This document shows positions 40,046 through 54,370 of a stretch of DNA of 64,000 nucleotides, piece by piece (the first letter of the stretch is position 1; each line of letters begins with the position of its first letter). The notes beneath the pieces were generated by a model. That model had not been told where the DNA came from and did not search any database. It saw only the letters and a program-made list of their open reading frames with translations. The stretch lies in the IMG/VR virus record IMGVR_UViG_3300035181_000357, positions 62,001 to 126,000 of that record. One strand, written 5' to 3'. The translations under genes were made by a program, and so were the position numbers.

Positions 40046-40318
40046 TTATACGATCTGGAATACTCTACCAGAAGGGAATTCTACCCTCTTCCGTATTCCT
40101 TGAACCCACCAAGCCTTGTATCCAGAAGAATCCGATATAGCTGGACCATCTTCCCTATGGAATACTCCATTTAGATACCAGGCTTCTGATCCATCACTAC
40201 ATTTTAAAGCAGGACCGTCTTCTTTATGTAGCTTTCCTTCGTCATAGAATTCTTCCCTAGTAACAGGTAATCTGGTATTGGGATCTCGATAAGTGTTAAC
40301 CAATAGTAAACCAACCAT
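40046..40318 (-). CDS. Small protein with two H(R/K)EDGPA repeats
   Basis: GKLHKEDGPA...WYLNGVFHREDGPA...WWVQG. Confidence 0.75.
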   Translation of the reverse strand: MVGLLLVNTYRDPNTRLPVTREEFYDEGKLHKEDGPALKCSDGSEAWYLNGVFHREDGPAISDSSGYKAWWVQGIRKRVEFPSGRVFQIV

Positions 40319-40601
40319 TATCCCACCGGATAGCCTTGGTTCCTTCAGATGTCTCTACTTCTATATATCCACTAGAATAGGAATCGATTACAGACTTTTC
40401 ATTTTGTGGACCTGGGTCATACTCACCTTTGAGCATAACATCATTAACTTTTAGGATTGATATACCATCTATCAACCCCAGGAGTTTACTCCAATCAGAT
40501 TGGTTATCTTTTAACCACTGCTCGTGTTTCTTTACTCGTCTATCATCATCATACAAGCCAAGACCTTCTGTTACTTCAAAGTCTTCTTCCCTGATCTTCA
40601 C
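40296..40601 (-). CDS. Hypothetical protein
   Basis: 101 aa ORF in operon. Confidence 0.55.
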   Translation of the reverse strand: MKIREEDFEVTEGLGLYDDDRRVKKHEQWLKDNQSDWSKLLGLIDGISILKVNDVMLKGEYDPGPQNEKSVIDSYSSGYIEVETSEGTKAIRWDNGWFTIG

Positions 40602-40816
40602 TTAGATTCCTTTTTAAGTAATTTTGAGATGAAAGCGAATTCATCATCCAACTTTCCTTCATCGGCCTGGAGATTCACTTTATTATTCTCAGGAGTAATA
40701 CCTAGTCCTGGTTCATCCGCAATATAATTTCTATTGGGATCGTCGTGTGTAGGTTCTTCCTGGTAACCATAGGCTTTCTTACCTCGGCCTCCAGAACCAC
40801 AATTTGCAGCAGCCAT
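40598..40816 (-). CDS. Small hypothetical protein
   Basis: 72 aa ORF in operon. Confidence 0.55.
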   Translation of the reverse strand: MAAANCGSGGRGKKAYGYQEEPTHDDPNRNYIADEPGLGITPENNKVNLQADEGKLDDEFAFISKLLKKESK

Positions 40817-40821
40817 ATTTA

Positions 40822-43534
<2,713 letters not shown>

Positions 43535-43585
43535 TTAGTCTCCTATGACACTTAATAGATACTCCTTTTTATCAGGTTCAGCTAA

Positions 43586-43610
43586 TAAAATGCCCCATTT
43601 CTGGGGCATT
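43586..43610 (-). terminator. Terminator after nrdJ
   Basis: AATGCCCCA-GAAA-TGGGGCATT then T-tract. Confidence 0.85.
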
Positions 43611-43633
43611 CTTTCAGTAAGAATCAGGTATAA

Positions 43634-45547
43634 TTACGAAAGCTCACATGTTCCTGAACTACAAGCAAGTTCCCTTGCTGGTTCGGTATGATCCTCAGCT
43701 TCATAGATGAACAACTTACTGAAGTCGATTACAGGCAGTTCAGATGCCAACTTTTCATACATAGCGTCGTTGATCTCTTCATATGGAGCCTGTTCATAAA
43801 CATGATCAGATGCTGGTAAGAAACTGATACCATTTACATTATCAAAGTTTCTGTAAACCCAAGCACCAACCTCTAACCACTCTTCATCCTTAACATAGAT
43901 GGTGATGGATGGATTATGTTCTGCCCAGAAGTTGTTGTAGATAGCATACAACTCCAGTTGATCAACAGCAGACTTCGAACCCTTGAATACAGCACCATCA
44001 GGGGATTTGATTGGGAAGCTGAATACGACAGTATTTGGACTCACCTTGTCCACCTCATGGGGGATTCCACTGTCAATCAAGAGTTGAGTCAGGGGATCTT
44101 TCTTATCACCACGAACTCGTCTGATATACTTTGGTGCCCAACGATCATGAATACCAGAAGCTGACCCAACTAGCTGTGAACTATTTCCCTCTGGCTTCAC
44201 ACAAGTGATCGCAGCAGCAGGATTGATTCCGAGTGCTTCAGCATACACCTTATTAATCTCAACGGCGTACTGTCTGGCTACTTCTAAGAAATCTGAGAGT
44301 TCTTTTGAAGGGGTTGACATGAACTTGTTGTCACAGATCCCATTGAGACTTACACCAAGGAGTCTCTCTTCCTCACACTTCTTCTTCCAGGACTTTCTTA
44401 GATACTTGAAATCAGTGAGGGTAGATTGAAGAGTACCGATGATGGTTGCAATTCTGATCTTCTTTAGGATGGATTCCTTGGTGTCTTCAGATCTTAGGAT
44501 TACAGAACTAAGGTTACAGAACTCACCACCACCATCACCAGAAGCTAGAAGAATTTCTCCACATGGATTCGTCCCGAATTCCTGGTCTGGGTCACGACGG
44601 CCATACTTCTTAGCTTTCTTGACTGCAGCTACTCTGTTGAAGATACCACGTTCTCCAGAACGAGACTCGATGAGGGAAGTGAATTCCTTCAAGAAGATAT
44701 CCATTGTTGGACGCTCAGTGTAAACAGCAGAGTTATTAGCAAACGATCTATTTGGCTTCTCTACGTACCATTGACCAGTCTTAGCACTTCTCATACGATC
44801 ATCAGATAGATTTGATAGAGAGATAAGAGCTGCTCTACGGACACCACCAGCAACAGTACAAGCCGATATATTACATACGAGATCGTGACACTCTAAGGAA
44901 TTTAACTTCCTACCAGCAGCTTTCTGGAACAGAGCAACACAGTAGTGGAATAACTTGTCGAGAGGCTCTGGACCAGATGCTCTTCCTCCGAAGGTCTTCA
45001 AGATAGAACCAGCAGGACGAACCTCAGTAGTATCCCAACTTGGGATTCTACCAGCGTATAGGAGAGAAATTAGTTCCTGGAAAGCAACACACCAACCAAG
45101 TCTGGAATCCTTAACCTTAATAACAATGTCAGTAGGGAAGAATTCTTCAGAGATTACAGGAAGTTTGTTGACATACTGTCGCTCACAACTAAATCCGACA
45201 CCAGTTCCGTGCATGTTGATATACATGATCTCACTGAACACACGAGGATCATCAATAGCTGTATACGAACAGTTGTAACCACCGATGTGAGCCTTTTCTA
45301 ATGCTTTACCTGCAGTCATCAGTGAACGCATACTTGGCATAACATTCATCGTTGTTATATTATTTCTAAGTTCTTCACGAATCTCTTCGCGAGAAAGGCC
45401 TTCTGCTTGCTCAGGAATCTTATCAGAAAAGAATTCAACGTACCTATCTACTGTTTCTTCCCAGGTCTCACGTCTCTTTTTCTTATCATTCCAACGAGCA
45501 TATCGGCTCTGATGAATATATGTTTGGTATTGTGACAAAGAATTCAT
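43634..45547 (-). CDS. nrdJ: Class II (B12-dependent) ribonucleotide reductase
   Basis: RRETW, MPSMR, YNCS, GVRRAA, TNPCGEI, CNL, TCVKPEG, C-terminal ACSSGTC; no beta-subunit gene adjacent. Confidence 0.9.
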   Translation of the reverse strand: MNSLSQYQTYIHQSRYARWNDKKKRRETWEETVDRYVEFFSDKIPEQAEGLSREEIREELRNNITTMNVMPSMRSLMTAGKALEKAHIGGYNCSYTAIDDPRVFSEIMYINMHGTGVGFSCERQYVNKLPVISEEFFPTDIVIKVKDSRLGWCVAFQELISLLYAGRIPSWDTTEVRPAGSILKTFGGRASGPEPLDKLFHYCVALFQKAAGRKLNSLECHDLVCNISACTVAGGVRRAALISLSNLSDDRMRSAKTGQWYVEKPNRSFANNSAVYTERPTMDIFLKEFTSLIESRSGERGIFNRVAAVKKAKKYGRRDPDQEFGTNPCGEILLASGDGGGEFCNLSSVILRSEDTKESILKKIRIATIIGTLQSTLTDFKYLRKSWKKKCEEERLLGVSLNGICDNKFMSTPSKELSDFLEVARQYAVEINKVYAEALGINPAAAITCVKPEGNSSQLVGSASGIHDRWAPKYIRRVRGDKKDPLTQLLIDSGIPHEVDKVSPNTVVFSFPIKSPDGAVFKGSKSAVDQLELYAIYNNFWAEHNPSITIYVKDEEWLEVGAWVYRNFDNVNGISFLPASDHVYEQAPYEEINDAMYEKLASELPVIDFSKLFIYEAEDHTEPARELACSSGTCELS

Positions 45548-45705
45548 GTGTATAGTTCTCCTATCAGCTTTGCTGATTCTGTTAAATAGTATAAAGGGTT
45601 AATACCCCGATCACGCTTAGGTTAATGAGTAGTTGGAACTTTTCATTTAGATCCGTTATCGATGTTTTATGTTGACTAACTACAGTATTTATGTACATCA
45701 TAATA

Positions 45706-46617
45706 CTACTGCAGTTCTTCAGAAATATCATACGTTTCTGGGACAGAATCTTGAACCCTTATCTCTTCCAACTCTACTCTCTGGAGTAATGAAATACCAG
45801 AAGTATCTGAATTTGCACTTGAATCAAAAATTTGATCGATGATCCTTTTCTCTTCTCTTATAAAAGATGTCTCCATCAAAACCGGATCATCCTCTAAGAA
45901 GGATAGAGCTCTTAGACCACATCGCAGACTGTGATACTTCTTGTCATCACCACAACAGGTTTCTAACTCTTCCATGAAACCTTCTGCATCCTCTTTTGTC
46001 TTAGCTAGGAAAGTCATCCCAACCTTTCTACCATCCTCTATAATCTTATACTTTAACCACGACGTATCCATCGTAGTTATCCTTTGGGATTCCAGGATCT
46101 CAAACTGTTCCCTGATTCTTTCTCTTATAATATCTGAAGTGGAATGCATATACATCTCAGATGGGATAGGAGGATTCTTTGCCTGAACTTTCTTCAATTG
46201 GAGAATCAAAGAATATGTGTCTACCAGAGTTGGATCTTGATCTTTTGGTAAATTCTTTATCTCGAAAGAGAGTCTTGATTCCAACTCTTCCCTTGTCAAG
46301 AACAATAGAAGCATATCTCTTCGAAGTCTTGCATTAGGAAAGTCATACAAGTCATTAAATCTAGAGACTAGCTTATCTCTAACATCTTCTAGAGTTTTCT
46401 TTAGAAGACTACTATTTTTCAGTAGTAATTTTCGTCTATAGATTAGGTCATTTACTTTTGGAAATACGACATCTCGATAGTGAAGAGCTACACATTGAAG
46501 TGTTGTCTCTTTTATCTCTTTGCCTGAATCTAACCTAAATCTCAAACCAAACCTCTTCCTACTTAATACGGGATTAAGTATGACCTGTAGTACAAATTTA
46601 ATCGATTCAAACCTCAC
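45706..46617 (-). CDS. Orphan protein directly downstream of the structured RNA; candidate partner of the TnpB-like locus
   Basis: 303 aa, basic N-half, acidic C-terminus; no confident family. Confidence 0.55.
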   Translation of the reverse strand: MRFESIKFVLQVILNPVLSRKRFGLRFRLDSGKEIKETTLQCVALHYRDVVFPKVNDLIYRRKLLLKNSSLLKKTLEDVRDKLVSRFNDLYDFPNARLRRDMLLLFLTREELESRLSFEIKNLPKDQDPTLVDTYSLILQLKKVQAKNPPIPSEMYMHSTSDIIRERIREQFEILESQRITTMDTSWLKYKIIEDGRKVGMTFLAKTKEDAEGFMEELETCCGDDKKYHSLRCGLRALSFLEDDPVLMETSFIREEKRIIDQIFDSSANSDTSGISLLQRVELEEIRVQDSVPETYDISEELQ

Positions 46618-46626
46618 AATTTTAAA

Positions 46627-46846
46627 CTCTGAAGACCAGAGATTGCCTAGTATGCACCCAAGAGATAAGTCTCGGGGTTATTGATCAAACCCAGCTGGCT
46701 CACATACGTGGCCACTGTAAAGCCGCAGCAGCTTGGGAAAGAATCAACGATACAGACTTGTTGATTCCAACCACCTCCTTAGATACCACTCTTGGATATC
46801 CTCAGTTTGTTTAACTGAAACTTTGAATAAAGGAGACTCAATAACC
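46627..46846 (-). ncRNA. Multi-stem structured RNA (about 220 nt)
   Basis: Nested helices: 46676-84/46838-46, 46775-80/46830-35, 46741-48/46760-67, 46690-96/46730-37 plus small hairpins; G-U pairs favour minus strand. Confidence 0.65.
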
Positions 46847-46857
46847 AAATGGATCGT

Positions 46858-46877
46858 TTATTATGATTATTGTTATT
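46858..46877 (-). repeat. 20-nt exact copy of 48246-48265 (candidate guide)
   Basis: TTATTATGATTATTGTTATT on + strand at both positions. Confidence 0.95.
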
Positions 46878-46965
46878 TTCTTTCGACGTTGCGTTTGGGA
46901 CAAAGTCCTCAGCAGAACCAAGGATGAGTAGAGGGAGGCACCTTAGGTGCTTCTAATTCTGCATA
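46878..46965 (-). ncRNA. Candidate omegaRNA-like scaffold overlapping the 3' end of the TnpB-like gene
   Basis: GCAGAATTAG/TTGGTTCTGC stem enclosing GCACC-TAA-GGTGC, then GGAC-TTT-GTCC, then the 20-nt repeat. Confidence 0.45.
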
Positions 46966-48075
46966 TCCTAGTTCCATACACGAAGAAGCTAGAACCTGAC
47001 TTCTAAGCCTGTTCTTTCCTCTTCGTTTTGAGATGATACCAGTATCCTGGATAATCTTAAACGCGATAGCACCTTCCGCCTGTCGCGATCTCCCAATCCT
47101 TTTGATGATCATATCGATATCGTCAAGATTGTTCTTAGTGTCTTTCTTATGTTTACTAAGGAAGACGAATCTACAATTCTTAGAAATCTCTTTAAAAAGA
47201 GAATTAAGATACTTGTAGTGGTTCTTTCGAACCCTATCTGCTTTGACACTGATCTCTAATTCCTTACCGGTATCGAGGCTCAGAACCTTTATACTTAGAT
47301 GATCGTTGTCAGCAGCAATACCAATATCTAAGGAACCAGAAGGTGTAGTATCAGTTGCTTCGACGGATTTCAAGACCATATAATAATATCTGTGATCTCG
47401 TCTTACAACCTTTATACTCTTAACATCTGCCTTTTTAATACTGGATGGTATGGTTACAGAAGTTTTTAATTTCTGTAACCTGGTTTCTAGTTCTTTTATC
47501 AGGTTCTTGGTCTTGGTCTCATATCTACTAAATGTGATATGGATAGGATCTTCATCCTCTTCATAATCCCAAGACATCTTACTCAATCTCGAGGTCTCTA
47601 ATTCAGTCTTCGATTTCAATTCCATGCTAATCTTACTAAGTTTATTCTGTAAGATTCGTCTCGTTTTCCCAGTGGCTACATCAGAACGTTCCTGGTTTCG
47701 CTTCATTTCATAGCGTCTCTTGTTTTCGATTCGCTTCAGATTCAGATATTCGGTTTCAAGTTTCGTGTTCAGAGTTTTTAGTCTTTTGTCTGTTTTCGGT
47801 CGCAGGTGTCGTTGGGTGAGTTTACGTTTACGTTGGTAGTCTTTCAGGCATATCTCGACGATCTCTCTATCCCGTACTAACATGGAGGCTACATCTATGC
47901 ATAGCGCATTGGGTTCAGAAGAAAAAGATTCGGGGGTTAGGTTCTGGATTCGGCCACCAGAAGCGTCTATACCCACTAGACAATTCCACACCATTCTGTA
48001 GATCAAGAACTGCTGACCATAGTCGCCAGTTCTAACAAATGATCTTCTTACAACAGATGACATGAACAATCTCAC
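46909..48075 (-). CDS. Probable nuclease-dead TnpB/Cas12f-derived protein
   Basis: 388 aa, very basic; RMVWN helix, KSIKVVRRDHRYYYMV, DIGIAA..LSLDTGK, HYKYLNSLFKEISKNCRFVFLS, RSQVLASSCMELG..EAP occur in TnpB order with RuvC D/E/D apparently replaced. Confidence 0.5.
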   Translation of the reverse strand: MRLFMSSVVRRSFVRTGDYGQQFLIYRMVWNCLVGIDASGGRIQNLTPESFSSEPNALCIDVASMLVRDREIVEICLKDYQRKRKLTQRHLRPKTDKRLKTLNTKLETEYLNLKRIENKRRYEMKRNQERSDVATGKTRRILQNKLSKISMELKSKTELETSRLSKMSWDYEEDEDPIHITFSRYETKTKNLIKELETRLQKLKTSVTIPSSIKKADVKSIKVVRRDHRYYYMVLKSVEATDTTPSGSLDIGIAADNDHLSIKVLSLDTGKELEISVKADRVRKNHYKYLNSLFKEISKNCRFVFLSKHKKDTKNNLDDIDMIIKRIGRSRQAEGAIAFKIIQDTGIISKRRGKNRLRSQVLASSCMELGYAELEAPKVPPSTHPWFC

Positions 48076-48137
48076 AAGTTAGGAACTGATACACTCAAGG
48101 TCAAGTAAATTCTTAATTCTACAAGAAGTTATCGATA

Positions 48138-48412
48138 TCCTGTATAGTAAGAACAACAAGGATGACCGTAACCTGTAACAACCTGTATTCTTAATAATTA
48201 TAATAGATAACTGATAATAAGTAACAATTATAACTTATAATGATGTTATTATGATTATTGTTATTAGGAATTAAGGACATGTTGTACACCTGTATCTAAT
48301 TGTTGTTGTAGCTGACAGGTTGTGTTCTCAATTTTGGACAATTTATACTTTCTGAATCATGTTTTTAAAGTCTCTCTATTACCAGGTACTTAAGAACACT
48401 TCATACACAGGT
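48138..48412. promoter_or_regulatory. Divergent control region and candidate replication origin
   Basis: Only strand switch in the window; about 80-nt AT-rich core 48187-48266; ACCTGT at 48171, 48181, 48288 and inverted ACAGGT at 48315, 48407. Confidence 0.55.
48246..48265. repeat. 20-nt exact copy of 46858-46877 (candidate target)
   Basis: Identical 20-mer, same orientation. Confidence 0.95.
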
Positions 48413-48458
48413 ATAAAATTAGGATTTAGAACTTGTCACCTTATTGAAGAGGTGACCT

Positions 48459-48929
48459 ATGTGGTTTGTATCGATCCTAAATTTCATGAAGCCAAAGATG
48501 CCTGAGTTCATTAAGAAAGCTTTCTTTGAAGATGATGGTAAGACTGTTTCGAGTTCCCGACTTATGGGAGGTCTGACCTTCGCTGTCCTACACTTCTGTA
48601 ACGTGACCTTGGTCGGAGCTATTTCGTGGGGGATCTGGTCGGTGATCAAGATTCATCCTATTGACAATATGGCTCTCACTTCTTTACTAGGTTCCATAAA
48701 GTACCTAGCTCTGTTATACCTAATCTTGGCTGCAACTGCTCTAGCCTTGTATGGTATCAACATCTGGAAGTATGTGTCTGCCATCAAGAATGGTTTGAAT
48801 AATGACGTCGATGGTTTAGAGGAAGAAGTGACTAAGACTTCTACCCAGGTTGAATCTACAAAGACTGTGACAACTCCTACCAAAGCTCCTGAAGTTCAGG
48901 TAGAGAAACCAACAAAAGACGATTTGTAG
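48459..48929 (+). CDS. Holin-like membrane protein
   Basis: SSSRLMG followed by two hydrophobic helices and a charged tail. Confidence 0.55.
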   Translation: MWFVSILNFMKPKMPEFIKKAFFEDDGKTVSSSRLMGGLTFAVLHFCNVTLVGAISWGIWSVIKIHPIDNMALTSLLGSIKYLALLYLILAATALALYGINIWKYVSAIKNGLNNDVDGLEEEVTKTSTQVESTKTVTTPTKAPEVQVEKPTKDDL

Positions 48930-48959
48930 ACCTATCAACCTTATTAATTAAGGTGACAG

Positions 48960-49424
48960 ATGGCTATTGCCAGAAAACGTGATGACAATCTTATCGAAAT
49001 CCTGATAGGGAAAGATCTATATGTTTTTAAATCTCTGTCTTGGTTGGATGAGATGGTTGTTAAAGAAGTTGATGGTATTTCCAGAGAACGTCAGTTGATG
49101 GCTAGAGCAACCATATCTGTCTCAAACAACCTGACCTTCACTTATGAAGAGAAACTGAAACTGATGAGAGCTATCCCACTCGCTATCTTTAAAAGAGTGT
49201 ATACTATCTATAAGGCTTTAGAGGCTGATGGTAGAAGACCATTTAAAACCATCCACTTATATATTGCACCAGAAGTCACTAAAGTCTTGGGAAAGATCAA
49301 GATGGAAGACGAGGATATGGAAGAGACTCTGAATGCTGTCTTTGGAGACGATGAGGCTGAGGTCCGAGAAACTGAGGAACTAATTCTTAAGAATTCTGGG
49401 TTGAAGGGAGCCACAAAAATCTAA
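48960..49424 (+). CDS. Probable tail assembly protein
   Basis: Upstream of tape measure; context only. Confidence 0.45.
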   Translation: MAIARKRDDNLIEILIGKDLYVFKSLSWLDEMVVKEVDGISRERQLMARATISVSNNLTFTYEEKLKLMRAIPLAIFKRVYTIYKALEADGRRPFKTIHLYIAPEVTKVLGKIKMEDEDMEETLNAVFGDDEAEVRETEELILKNSGLKGATKI

Positions 49425-50482
49425 TGGCTACTGCTGGTACTCAATTAATGGAGAAGATTAACAGTGGAGAGATTCAAACTGTTAAATCAGGTGTAACCAA
49501 GAAGATAAGACAAGATGTATCATCTGTCTTCGAAGAGATACTGGGAGTAGGAGCGAGAATTCGTCCTATCCTCTTAGATGGGTCTAGGATAGGGTGGATT
49601 CGTGGCCTTAGTGTTAACGAGAGAAAGTTGCTGGCCTCTTGGTTTAATGATCAGAATGAGTTAATAACTCAAGCTCTAGTATACTCTACATCGTTATCGA
49701 AAGAAGATATAGTTAATCTAAACTCATATGAATTTAGATCCTTGTTAAGACTAGCCAACATAATGAGCACAGCAGATGTCAGCCTGTACCCATACCTAGT
49801 TCCATATACTTCCACATCTAGTTCAGATGATTTGTGGCGAGCCTGTGGTTGTATAGTTCCTCAGTTCCTGAATAAAGATATAACTATGCCAGATAGTAAA
49901 ACTATACGAATACTGTGTAACTCTGATCATAGTAGATTCTGGGCAAGTCTATGCAGCAAAAGGGACCAAGCCTCTTCTGAATTATCCGGGAATTATGATG
50001 CAGCTATGGTAGCTGGTGCTATGGTGGGTAAGAGTGTTCAGAAGTATATAACTAATCTAAATAAGAGAGCCTTGTTGTTAGAGATAAATTCTGATAATCC
50101 ATGGAAGAACATCTCTACAATAGACCAGGCAGATTCCCTAGATCTGAATGATGGATGGGGCCACGCACATGAGGATTCGTCGGAAGCTGGCCTCTTAAGA
50201 GAAGGTGAAGGTATGGTTGGGTTTGATAAACACGAACAATTCATGGAAACATTCTACGATCAGTATATGAATAGGCAGCAAAAGAAGACTGAAATAACTA
50301 AAAGAACCGAACAAGGGTTAATAGATGAGGTATCATCTATTATGACTGAAAAAGAAGTACAAGCTAGAGAACGAGATGTAGATAAAGAAAGTTCTAGAAT
50401 AAGACAGATGGCAGTAGATGAAGCTTCTAGTGCCTCAGATCGTATGGAACAAAAAGATAACATGACTTTCATTGTAGACTAA
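49424..50482 (+). CDS. Probable tail assembly protein
   Basis: TAATG-coupled; context. Confidence 0.45.
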   Translation: MATAGTQLMEKINSGEIQTVKSGVTKKIRQDVSSVFEEILGVGARIRPILLDGSRIGWIRGLSVNERKLLASWFNDQNELITQALVYSTSLSKEDIVNLNSYEFRSLLRLANIMSTADVSLYPYLVPYTSTSSSDDLWRACGCIVPQFLNKDITMPDSKTIRILCNSDHSRFWASLCSKRDQASSELSGNYDAAMVAGAMVGKSVQKYITNLNKRALLLEINSDNPWKNISTIDQADSLDLNDGWGHAHEDSSEAGLLREGEGMVGFDKHEQFMETFYDQYMNRQQKKTEITKRTEQGLIDEVSSIMTEKEVQARERDVDKESSRIRQMAVDEASSASDRMEQKDNMTFIVD

Positions 50483-50492
50483 AGGAAATTAA

Positions 50493-51065
50493 ATGGAAAC
50501 TACACCACTAAGAACGTTAGACGATATAATCAATGATCTTCAAGGTTTTGGTATAGCCGAATCTGAGGACATAATCTCCTTAAATGTAAATAACAGAACT
50601 GTACAACTTAGAATTAAGAATCTCCCAACAGAGGAAGAGATCAATTCTCTTCTAGCTGCAGAAGAGTTTAAAGGGCATATGTGGGTCCAGAGAATCCGAG
50701 CTGAGATCCTGTCCAGATCCATATCTTGGATGAATGGAGTGGTGGTCACAGGAACTGAATACGTAGCACACCCTCTCCGTGATAAGATATCTGTAAACAT
50801 AAGAGTGGCTTTACGAGATGTTCTCTTAACTTGGGGTGTTGAGACTATCTCAATTCTCTGGAAGATCCTGATGGTCCATAACCAAAAGATCGAAGATAAT
50901 CTTATCGAATCATTCCCTGATACAGTCATAATGACTAATTTCGAGCAGAGATTCTTCCAACAGACTATGAAGGAATTGGAAGAAGCCCATAGAGGCGTAC
51001 TGGATGCTGTAGTGTCAGACACCTTAGTAGACACTATCGATGATCTCAAGAAGGGTGATCAATAA
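50493..51065 (+). CDS. Tail assembly chaperone-like protein
   Basis: Immediately before tape measure; LRIKNLPTEEE, EILSRSISWMNG. Confidence 0.5.
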   Translation: METTPLRTLDDIINDLQGFGIAESEDIISLNVNNRTVQLRIKNLPTEEEINSLLAAEEFKGHMWVQRIRAEILSRSISWMNGVVVTGTEYVAHPLRDKISVNIRVALRDVLLTWGVETISILWKILMVHNQKIEDNLIESFPDTVIMTNFEQRFFQQTMKELEEAHRGVLDAVVSDTLVDTIDDLKKGDQ

Positions 51066-51124
51066 ATAACAGGAACGAGATTCTATGCCTCTGTAATGCA
51101 GAGGCATATTAATAGAGGTTTAGA

Positions 51125-54370
<3,246 letters not shown>

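Noticed and set aside
46858-48265. Active IS200/IS605 or IS607 element
   Set aside because: No TnpA or serine recombinase nearby and RuvC residues appear lost; an ancient insertion is not excluded
46620-48420. CRISPR mini-array next to a Cas12f-like gene
   Set aside because: No repeated direct-repeat unit with spacers; only one 20-mer duplicated 1.4 kb apart
48960-51065. Programmed frameshift in tail chaperones
   Set aside because: No clear slippery heptamer with an extended alternative frame identified by eye
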